From contig NC_043009.1 of the NCBI RefSeq assembly GCF_006345805.1, positions 52,824,001-52,888,000 of the forward strand: DNA of 64,000 nt. The letters are read 5' to 3'. The position numbers and the translations under genes are program-made. Below are positions 12,908-25,171 of this stretch, one piece after another. Source of the DNA: Octopus sinensis. Taxonomy: Eukaryota. The notes beneath the pieces were generated by a model. It was not told the origin of the DNA. It saw nothing but the letters and a program-made list of their open reading frames with translations, and did not search any database. The number at the start of each line of letters is the position of its first letter. Position 1 is the stretch's first letter.

Positions 12908-15900
12908 CAACAACATAAAAAATACCTTAGGAATGCGAACCCAGGTTCGAAATTTCCCCAAGACACCTGATGAAGGCTGGAGGGTATATCAGCTGAAACA
13001 TTGTGTTAACAACAAACAAGATAATGATGATGAGCAGCAGCAGCAGCAGTAGTAGTTACAGCAACAGTAGGAGTAATGATGGTAGCAGGTGTTAGAGATC
13101 ATCATCATCATTACATTGATTTCATTAAGCTTCCAGATCTAGCTCAAATGGTCCCATGTGACATGCAGAGTTCTTGCGACAGATATTAGGACAACATGAA
13201 CAACTGACAGTATAGAGTACCAAAGCAGAGATCATAACAAAATTAGGACAAAACATAAGCAGTAGGTAATATGAAGTAATTAGGGCAGAAGTAGTATAGA
13301 AGTACTAAAGTAGAGATGAGGTACTGCATCACAGTTTAGGACAATGTTAGGTAAATAGAGACAGCAGATAGATAGCATGGGGGGTACACATATTAGGACG
13401 ATATTTCAGAGTGGCTGGTGTGGAGTACCATGCATGAGGGAAAAGTATCACTGCATACAGATGAAGATATAAACTGGGATTAGAAATTTTACTTAATAAA
13501 GAGAGAGAAATAGTAGAGAAAGAAAGAGTAAGAGAAGAAAAAAAAAGAAAAAACTAGTAAGACAGAGCAGGAGGCTGAGAGGAGAAAGAGAGAGATGAGA
13601 GTTGGAATGAGAGAAAGATGGGGAGTGCATACCTCCATCAGAGAACACCTCATTAATGTAAATTTTAATGAGACGAAGGCAAGCTTTGCAGATGTAGACA
13701 AATCTTTGGAGATCGGAGACTAGTGCTGAACGGCTAATTCCTTTCAGTCCGTCAAGTTCAGCAGCGGAAGAATGGAAGGAAGACCACGCCCACTCCAAGA
13801 GATTTAATAAGGCATCGAAGCAACTCTGAAAAAGTAATTAATAAATTCAGTAATTATTTAATTAGAATAGTTTTTTAGAGTTTGCTGAATTAAGAAAAAG
13901 AAAAGAAAGATTTTTGTAGAAAATGACAATAAGTGCACGAAGCTAGTTTCTAACCATATATTACTGAAGTAACTGGACCCTAACTAAGGCACTGGTAAAA
14001 AAAAACAAAAAACAGATAGAATGAATACACACAAGATTTCTGAGAGCAGCACTTAATATCAAACGGTAATCCCATACAACAAATCACACTAAAGTTTCCA
14101 CCACTTCACAACAATCCTAATAATAAAAATAATAATAATAATGATAATGCTTTCAAATTTTGGCACAAGGTCAGCAATTCCAAAGTATTATCAGACTATG
14201 GATAACTAAATTACAACAGGTATATAGTCCACATTTTGTATTATAGGGCATTGTTGTACCATTCAAAACTTTTTATTCTTTACAAACAATACACAATGCT
14301 TCAAGAGAACGACAAGACACTCCTAATAATAATAATAATTGGTACAAGGCCAGCAATTTCAGGGAGGTGTGTAAGTTGGTTGCATCGACTTCGGTATTCT
14401 ACTGATACTTATTGACCCCCAAAAGGATGAAGGGCAAAGCTGATCTTGACAGAATCTTAACTCAGAATGTAGCAATGGGTGAGATACCACTATTTCGTCA
14501 AGCATGTAATAATTCTGCCAGATTGCCGCCTTTAATAATAATGATAGTAATCATCATTGTTTAATGTCCGTTTTCCATGCTAGCATGGGTTGGGTGGTTC
14601 GACCAGGATTTGGGAAGCCAGGAGGCTGCACCAGCCTCCAGTCTGATTTGGCAGTATTTCTACAGCTGGATGCCCTTCCTAACGCCAACAACTCTGTAAG
14701 TGCAGTGGGTGCTTTTTACATGCCATCAGCACAAGGGCCAGAGGATGGCTGGCAACGGCCACGATCAGTTAGAGCTTTTTATGTGCCACCAACACGGAAG
14801 CCAGTCAAGGCGGCGCTGACATTGGCCACATTCGGATGGTGCTTTTAATGTGCCACCGGCACAGGTATCACATTGACAATTTCCATTTGATTTTGATTTT
14901 GATGTTGATGTACTTGACTCAATAGGTCTCCTCAAGCACAGTAGGCTGCCCTATGATCCAAGGTAAGCACAGCAAGTCGTCCTGCGATCCAAGGTACTTT
15001 TGAATGGGCTGGTAATGCGAAACTGGTGCAGGATACAGCCGTGAACTCACTTTATTTGTCAGGTCTTCGCAGTCACAGCATATCTCCAGAGGTCTCGGTC
15101 TTTCGTCATTGCCTCTGTGAGGCCCGACATTCGAAGGTCATGCTTGACCACCTCATCCCATGTCTTCCTGGGTCTACCTCTTCCCTGGATTCTTTCAACT
15201 GTTTGGGAGTGGAACTTCTTCACACATCTCTCCTAATCCATCCATAGTACATGACCATACCAGCGCAAACATCTCTCTTGCATGCCACATCCAATGCTTC
15301 TTATGTCCAACATTTCTCTCAGGGCGCTTACACTCTGTCATGTGTGCACACTTACATTACACATCCAGCAGATCATGCTAGCTTCATTTCTTTTGAGTCT
15401 ATGCATGTCCTCCGCAGTCACAGTCCATGTTCCACTGCCGTGAAGCATGGCAGTTTGCACACATGCATCATACAATCTACCTTTTACTAAACTTTACCCA
15501 GGCTATACTTATTCTTGTGGTAACACTCTCTGAGCATCCACTCCAACTACTAACTTGGTCCCCTAGGTAGTAGAAGATATCAACTACTTCTAGTTTCTTC
15601 CCCTGGAGTGTGATGGAATCTGTTTTCAGAGCATCTGTGGTGTTTATTGCCCCTGTGCATCTGCTGCATACGAAAGCTATCTTCTCGGTTAATAACTTAT
15701 GATAGAAGTACAAGACTAGCAATTTTTTTAAGAAAGGACTTGATGCATGGTCAGTTCAATCAGTAGCAACCTAGTATTAAACAACAGTGTGATTCTCACA
15801 GTGAAGGAGCATCACCATGGGTCAACAGGAGAACTTCTACATGGTTGCTTCATCTGCTAAATGTAGCAACCAAATCTACCAAAATCACATCCTATCATTT

Positions 15901-17330
15901 CTAAAGACACATTGACTAATGTAGTTGACAGCGACTGACGCTGGCAGCGACTGACGTAGGCAGCGACTGACGTGGGCAGCGACTGACGCTGGCAGCGACT
16001 GACGCTGGCAGCGACTGACGCTGGCAGCGACTGACGCTGGCAGCGACTGACGCTGGCAGTGACTGACGTAGGCAGCGACTGACGTAGGCAGCGACTGACG
16101 TGGGCAGCGACTGACGCGGGCAGCGACTGACGCTGGCAGCGACTGACGCTGGCAGCGACTGACGCTGGCAGCGACTGACGCTGGCAGCGACTGACGCTGG
16201 CAGCGACTGACGCTGGCAGCGACTGACACTGGCAGCGACTGACGCTGGCAACGATTGACGTAGGCAGCGACTGACGCTGGCAGCGACTGATGTGGACAGT
16301 GACTGACATTGTCAGTGACAGCAACAACAAAGATACACTTACAGGTGATACAGTTCTGCTGAAGTCTTGAGTTAATATATGAGCAGGCTCTAAATGTTCA
16401 GCTTTTCGAGGAATTGACTGTCTGTCTGGTGATGGTAATCTGAAGAAGGAAAAAAGAACAACAATAACAATAATAATTGGGCCTAATATGGTCAGAAACT
16501 TTGAAAGGAAGAGGATTAGTCTCAACATTGTGATAGGTGCAAATGGGCATCATTACCATAATAGAAGCCGTTACTTATTTTTAACAATATTCTGCAAAAT
16601 TGTATTTGGTCATAAGGAAATATCACCTTGCTTGGAAACAGGTGAGGGTCAGTGACAAAAAGGTCATACACATATAGAAAAACTACAGCAATAAACTCCA
16701 TCTGACCCATACAAGCATAGAAATGTAGACGTTAAAACAATGATGATGATGTTGCACAGATGACCATACAAACTGTGAAGATGTCATCCTTTAAATTTGC
16801 TTTAACTCAAGTTTGGCTAAGACAGATTACAAGTTTGTAAGGAGCTTAAAAGTAGAAACAGAAAAGGATGAGAAAAGGGATTAAGAGAAAAAAAATTTCA
16901 ACCAACCTGTAAAGTAACTGCGGGATCTGTCCAGCATTCACATCGGTTCCATTGTTGGATTTCTTTGAACTCTTGAATTTAAACACCACTCTATGTAACA
17001 AGAGATACAAAGAAAGTCATGAATATAAAACGGAAGGCAATAATTTATGCACTTTAAGTCAACAAATCTTTTTATCTTTCTTTAAATTTTTCTTTAGAAA
17101 TTATTATCATCATCATCAATATTGGCAAACAGAATCATTAGCACACTGGACAAACTGCTTAGAAGAATTTCTTCCAGCTTTGTCTTCTGGGTTCAAATTC
17201 CAACAGGCCTGACTTTGCCTTTCAAGGTTGACAAAATAAGTACCAGTTGAGCACTGGCGGGGATCAATGTAATTGCCTAGTCCCTTTCCTTAAAGTTTCA
17301 TGACTTGTGCCTACAGCAGAAAGAATTATC

Positions 17331-17362
<32 letters not shown>

Positions 17363-19766
17363 CTTTTTTTTTTCTTCTTCTTTCAAATTTGCTTCCATTT
17401 CTTGCCAAATGTCTTCCCGACTCCTAGGGCAAAGAAACTCATAGTATACATTGGTAGGCCATTAAACTAAACTCACTAGTTCGTTAATTTTTTTTTTTTT
17501 TTGATAGAAATAAAGTTATTATTATTATTATTATTATCATTATTATTATTATAATAATAATAATAATAATAATACTATAAAACTGAGAGAGAGAGAGATT
17601 GAAAATTGCTTGGCACTATTTCTTTAGACTCATTATGTTCTGAGTGCAAATTCTACAGAGGTTAACTTTACCTTTCCTCTTTGCGAGGTCAATAAAATAA
17701 AGTACCAGTTGAGCAGTGGGGTCAATTTAACAGACTAGGCCTGATATATTTTGGCATCTGCCATGTAGCACCACTGATTTGGTGCAAAGTTATTTGATAT
17801 CCAGATGTTATGTTTTCATGTTTCCCTTGCTCTCTGTTTGTTTCTGGGCATATTTCTCTGTGTGTCTGAGGAGAGGGAAAGTGATTTCCTCAAATGTTTT
17901 CAATTAATAAATTGTAATGTCTCTCCCCCTCGTGGTCTGCCTGTGTTTATTTTTGCAAGTGTCTGTGTCTGTCTCCAGCACCAAAATGTACTGTCGCCAA
18001 AACAGTCTAAATGTCCAGTTAACCATGCCAAATTGTCAGTCTCCAAACTACTGCACCAAATCATTTTATTCCATAATTGACTGACTACTTGCCCTTAAAT
18101 CCTTCTCACATCACCAATCTAACTATTACTGTAACTCTTATGTGATAGCTGAGGATTTATTCTGTAACTAAGCATTCATCAGGAAACTAGAATCGACCTC
18201 ATGTCAACCAAGCAGACAGAAGCAAGTGCAGTTATGTATTTTTCCCAGCAGCACAAGAATGTATTGCATTAGCAGCAGCAATATGTTTGAATTTCAGATA
18301 CTTCAATACTAATCTGATACTTAAACCATGCAACCATTGGCTCCAACACCACCAGCTTTTGAGAGGCAATAGACTTTTTTTTTAAAGACACTTTAGGTAA
18401 GTTATGTGGTTTTAGAATCACTGGCAGTGCAAAATTAAAAAATGGAAAAAAATTCAGTGGTGATCATGCTTGGGATCAAATGTCTCCTGAATCAGAGTTG
18501 ACCAGGAGTTAATCAATCAATAAATCAATGCAAATACTCACTGATCTTCTGTAGTGACAACAGCCTGCCCACTTGATCCACAGTCACTACTTGGTCCAGA
18601 TATCCTAGCCCAAGCCACATACCATATATTAGCCTGGAGAGATACTGGCTCATAAAATAACATTGCATAGGTTTCTCTGGAAAACAAACAAGAAATGGAA
18701 TAAATTAATCTTCACAAAGGTAACAAAATCTGCTTAACATATATCTATATCTACTGACCTGTCTCTCTGTCTAAGCATCTATCTAGCTACTCACTTGTTG
18801 TGTGTGTGTGTGTGTGTTTATTCATATATAAATATTCTTCATTCCTATAGTCCACATTATCAATAACAATATTTATCTCTCATTGGAGCCACCATAATTT
18901 TAACACCTTGGAAGAAAACAAAACGACTTACCTGGCAGCACATTCAAACGGAATTTCTTCAGTTTCTGCTAACAGAGTTCCATCTTCTTCCTTGTCAGCA
19001 CCATCAAAGCCAAGTTCAAACAGCTGTATGAGACACACAGACACATAGATCAATGGTTCAAATAACAAACAGTCAGGACAGAAAATCAAAAAACAAACAA
19101 GCAGGACAGAAAATCAAAGATTGAGAGATTTGGGTGGATGTCTGTGTGTGTACACAACTAAGACATAAATATGTAATTTAACTTGCATCAACCTTACACT
19201 CACATTCACAGGTTTATGTAATGAGTTTAGTCTTTGAGCTTCATAGGCTCCTGACTACTCTCAATTTGTATTATGTATATATTTTTCTAATTTCATCACG
19301 TATTATGCTGCATACACCTCTTGTTTCTTTGATCAACTCTTAGATTTTAGAAATAGATTTTTCCTCACATGCAAACTTTGAGTGCATTCAATGAATCTTG
19401 TCCAATAAGAAATCATACATTTAAAACAACATGCCAACCAGTCAGTGCCACATGCCATCATCATCATTTAACGTCCGCTTTCCATGCTAGCATGGGTTGG
19501 ACGGTTCAACTGGGGTCTGGGAAGCCCGAAGGCTGCACCAGGCCAGTCAGATCTGGCGGTGTTTCTACGGCTGGATGCCCTTCTTAACGCCAACCACTCC
19601 GTGAGTGTAGTGAGTGCTTTTTATGTGCCACCGACACAGGTGCCAGACGAGGCTGGTGAATGGCCACGCTCGGATGGTGCTTTTTACGTGCCACCAGCAC
19701 GGAGGCCAGGCGAGGCTGGCAACGGCCACGATCGGATGGTCTTTGTTACGTATATATGTATGTGTG

Positions 19767-19853
<87 letters not shown>

Positions 19854-19907
19854 GTGTATGTGTATATATATATATATAATATATATATATATGTATGTGT
19901 GTGTATG

Positions 19908-19969
<62 letters not shown>

Positions 19970-22900
19970 CATGTTCCATGCTTGCATGGGTTAGACAAAA
20001 ATGTTTTTCAGTGCCTACTGGAATCATAATCCAGACACACCATAAATTGTGCAGACATGCTAAACACTAAGGCAATTGTCATTTTATTCATTCTTTCACT
20101 CATTCATCCATTCATCCATCCATTCATACATACATGTTTTGTGCATGTGTGTAATTGCACACACAATTACAGAGAAAGAGAGTGAGAAATGGTAAAGTGT
20201 AATGCATAAATGAAAATCAGAAGAATTCCTTTTGTTATTTGTTGCAGATTGCAGAAGAGATGGAAAAAGAAAGAAAAATGTTTCAGTTACAAGCATGTGA
20301 AGTAAGTATCTTTAATGACAGGACGGGCATCTGACTGTAAAGCAATGCTTTAGTAATATTTATTCGTCTGACCTTTACTACCACTGCAAAATAGACAATA
20401 TAATGGAACAAAATATCAGAATGAAAATTGTATTTTTACCATTCAGCTGGTCATTATATTTCTTGACCATCCAACACTGACATCAACAGATCAGCTGTCC
20501 TCTATTATAATGACCATCACTACTGGCATTTCAAGTTTACCAGGTCACTATGTAACTGACCACTAATAACTGATATCTACTTATTGCTAATGTATATGTA
20601 ATAAACCCTTAAAGAGAGAGCCCCAGGATGACCACAGTCCAATGACTGAAACAAGAAAAGGATAAAAGATAGATAGTCCTCAAAAACATTTAGTCATGGG
20701 ACCCCTAGGCTAATCCCTGCTTTGATAGTGAAAGTGGGCTTAACTCTAGCATTTAATCTAGCCATTTCTGGTCCAGATATTCTCCTGGCTTTATGTTAAA
20801 ACTGAGCAGATCCAATGTCTCACACCTACCCTACAAGGTCATTCTAAAAATAAACAACCACATCATAGAAATTGTGAAGCTATGAGAAAATGCATGATTA
20901 ATTCAAAACAATGTGAATAAATAAGGTTTACATTTGAAAAAGAAATCTGAATGGTCAAGAGTTAAAGTTGTATTTGTATGGCCTATTCTATCCATATCAG
21001 ATACCATAAGCATCCACATAAATCTTTGGCATTGCTAGCTTTCCATACTATGTGATTTTGGCACTGCTAGGTTTCCATACTTTGCGATTTTGGCGCTGAT
21101 GGCTCTCCATACTTTACGATTTTGGCGCCGATGGCTCTCCATACTTTACGATTTTGGCGCCGATGGCTCTCCATACTTTACGATTTTGGCACCGATGGCT
21201 CTCCATACTTTACGATTTTGGCACCGATGGCTCTCCATACTTTACGATTTTGGCACCGATGGCTCTCCATACTTTACGATTTTGGCACCGATGGCTCTCC
21301 ATACTTTACGATTTTGGCACCGATGGCTCTCCATACTTTACGATTTTGGCAACGATGGCTTTCCATACTTTACGATTTTGGCAACGATGGCTTTCCATAC
21401 TTTTCGATTTTGGCACCTATGGCTTTCCATACCTTTCGATTTTGGCACCGCTGGCTTTCCATACTTTCTGTGATTTTGGCATTGCTAGTTTTCCATACTT
21501 TCTGTTGGTCTCATTTGCAAACTTAAATCTTAAATATACATTAACTATATGAAGATATGATCTACTGGTGGTCAGTAATGTAGTGACTTTTTTTTTTAAA
21601 AGACTTATTTTAGCAGATGAACGTTTAAAGTTGTCTAATTTCTTCTTCTGTTTGTTGGCAGTATCTAATAAAAGTCAATGAAATCCGCACAAAGAAAGGA
21701 GTCGATCTACTACAACATCTAGTTGAATACTACCAAGCTCAAACCACGTAAGTCTCAATTTCATTTCCCATCACTTTGATGACATGCACTGCTCTCTCAC
21801 TCAATAATAATAATTTTTTTTTCCTGATGTACTCCATCAATATAAACATTTTATCAATGAATAAAACTAAATAATTTTAATTATAACTCCCACTCACACA
21901 AACACACACATTCATTGAAAGCTGAGTGTTCATTTGAACAAGTGCACATAACAGGAAACTCGGAGTAATGACAGTGTGAATGATCACTTCTAAGTGTATA
22001 AAATACATTCTACTACATGAATTGAGCACTCTTTCTAATGTTTGTACATCAATATACAGACAGATAGATAGAATCTTTATAACAAGTTTCCAAAAGTTAA
22101 AGACAGAAAAACAAGGGACTATATAATTTTATTTCCCATACCACTCAGATGCTATGTAAGAGCTAAATACAAGTGCCAAATTTTGTTTCAATCACGAAAA
22201 GTATGTTGCATCAGAGAATTTCTGTAATCTTTTACTAAAATCTAATCGGAGTCGATTAAATAAGTACCAGTTACACACTGGGGTCAATATAATCGACTTA
22301 ATCCGTTTGTCTGTCCTTGTTTGTCCTCTCTATGTTTAGTCCCCTGTGGGTAATAAAGAAATAAGAAAACAGCAATAGTTTAAGTAAATATAGAGTATCT
22401 TACCTTGATTCGTCCAAAATATTCTCCACGGCCTCCAAACAAGCCAAAGCCACCCAATAGTATATCGGTGTCAGACATAAAGCGAATAGCTTCAACTGAA
22501 TGGCCCGAATAACCCCAACCACCTCCATGACCTGCAGCAGACAAATAAATAAGGAGTGTTCTTAATAAGGACCACCAATGGTGGAAGGTAGGCAGGAGAA
22601 GTGCAGCAACAACAAACTGGAGCTTTCGTAACAACAAAAAAAAAGATTCATAGAGAGAAGTATTAAGATGGAGAAAAGAAAGAGAGAGAGTAACTTACTA
22701 TCAAATCTGTTAATAATTGAAAAGTCTTCTTTGGTGTAATCCTTGGTGGCCGCCCTCTTCTCCTTCGTCTCTTCGTACACCACCAAGTGTAGCTGTTGGG
22801 CAGTGGTCAATGTATCGAGACAAGCTACAAGTAGACACAAATACAAGAACACACATGAAGATAATCAACCAAATATTATGTACATATGTTTACTATTTGT

Positions 22901-25138
22901 GATGAAAGACAATATTTTTTAAGCTGCCACACAATGCAGGTTTCCTTAAGAGTAATTGAGACACCATACGTCATCTTAAAAATACATCTTTTTCTTCAAA
23001 TGAGAAGAGTTTATAAAATATCTGTAATGGAATTTTGGTGTTTACTTGGTTCTGTTAAATCCATGTCCACATCAATGTGGACTTGAATATTTCATTTCAT
23101 GTTTTTCCAGTCCATTCAGTTGTAAATGAATAAACCTTGCAACAGATTAATGTTCCGTTCAAGTGGAATCTTGTCTATATATTGCTGACCACACATTGTG
23201 TCCACATCTCTCCATTATTCACATCTCTTCACTGTCCACATGCCTTTCATGTCCACATTTCTTCCCTTTCCACATGTTGTTCAGTGTCCATATCCTTTCA
23301 ATATCTATACCTCTCTACTTTCTACACCTTTTTCCACTTTACCTTGCACATCCCTTTAGAGTCCACACCCCTTTACTTTCTATACCTCGTCAGTCTCCTC
23401 ATACTTTTAGTAACCACATCTTTTTCCTACCCACAGGGAGTGGACATAATCACTCAACCTGCTTGAAATAGCAGGTCAAAGCTCCTTCGAAACACACATA
23501 ACCTTCAAATCTCACATAAAGAACACACTGAATAAGATAGCCCTAGATAGCCATTAAAAAGATGGCACAGTCATGGCCTGAATGCCCTGATCATAGGCCC
23601 ACCCAAACAAAGTTAATGCAAGGGATTTTTAGTGATTAGGGAAGCCATATTTTGGTTACCATGCATTAGCACAGTGATGCTATGCCCACGTCAACCAATT
23701 AGAGTTGGCTACGAAAGGATACCAGTAGCAACTTCTGCCCAGGAGTAAAACGTACCATTTTCTATATAGTCAATGGAAAGACACAGGATGACCAACACAG
23801 TATATACCTCCTAGCAAACAGTTCCTAATTTCTTGCTTCAACTTAGCATCAGGGATACTTTCTAGAGTCCAGTTCTATCAACACAGTTGATACTGTGAAT
23901 AATTCTTTTTTTTGTCCCAACTAGCACAGACAAACTTACTATTGCTAGCTTAACATGGCTTACAAATTTTCACTCACACCAACGTAACTTATTTCGGCTT
24001 CCCTGACTCACATACATACCTTACATACACATACAGGCCTCAACACCCACTACAGGTCTGCAGTTGAACACTATTCCTCTTTTACTCCCTGATAGCACTC
24101 TTGACACTACTGAATAAAGTTTAATGTTATTTTATAAATTCACCTCCTGGATATTCTTTACTCAACGCGTCTGAAAGGAATCATCTTAAAAGGATTCTCT
24201 CTATAAAGTGCCTTCTGAAAATATCTTCTGCACACATCATGTTACACAATGAACGCATTACATACAGGAGGCTTTCATCACTGTTCTCATTAGCAACTCT
24301 CTCCTCTACTAATTACATTAGTAAAAATACAAATGTTACAGATTAAGTATTAACTGTAATTTCATTCTTTAAGGACCAGTCCCTATTGCTTCTTTCTAAA
24401 CCCTACCACAGGTACATGTGGTGCTTCATATGACTTTTCAGTTCTTTCATTTCTGTTTTTATGAGTTCTACACAACTCTTTAGAATTTACCAAAAGATTG
24501 CATCAATGAAACTCAATTGCAACTATATATACCAGTTTACTTTACTTGTGGAATACATATATCATCATAACAATGCACACACACACACACACACGCATAT
24601 ATATCTATATATATATATATGTGTGTGTGTGGACCCGCGCAGTTGTCGAGTGGTACCCGTGCGAGCGGAAACGACCACCCAGAAGGCCTCCATGACAGTT
24701 GAGTTATGATTTCAGGAGGAAGATTGGGATCACATGGATGAGAAAGGCATGATCCAGAGAGGAGTGGACAGCATGCCGTGACCAGCGGTGTCAAATGGAC
24801 GCCTGACGGACTGGTCAGTCAAGGTGATCAAGGTGATATATATATATATATATATATAGGTATTTTCTATATGTAGCACTTGGCCAAGCAAATGATGTAT
24901 AGTCCACAGATTCTCCATATAGAAGACAGTAGTGCTCAGAAGATTCAAACTTAGACTCTGATGTCTTTACAGAGGATCAATTCCGCAAGGTAAAGAATGG
25001 CAGTAAGAGGGATCAAGTTGAGCAGATGTGGAGGCAATTATGCAGATAAACATATTGGAGACATTAAATATATTAAATATAGTAGTTTGGGTATGAAATA
25101 CAAAATGTTTATATGTATACACACAAACCCATGCACAT

Positions 25139-25171
<33 letters not shown>

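Noticed and set aside
17979-18080. Plus-strand acceptor followed by C ACC AAA ATG, like the start of the ASAP TKIEKEK exon
   Set aside because: Similarity ends after two residues and there is no suitable donor.
21035-21495. 32-bp repeat array resembling CRISPR in unit length
   Set aside because: Head-to-tail with no spacers, eukaryotic intron, no cas genes.
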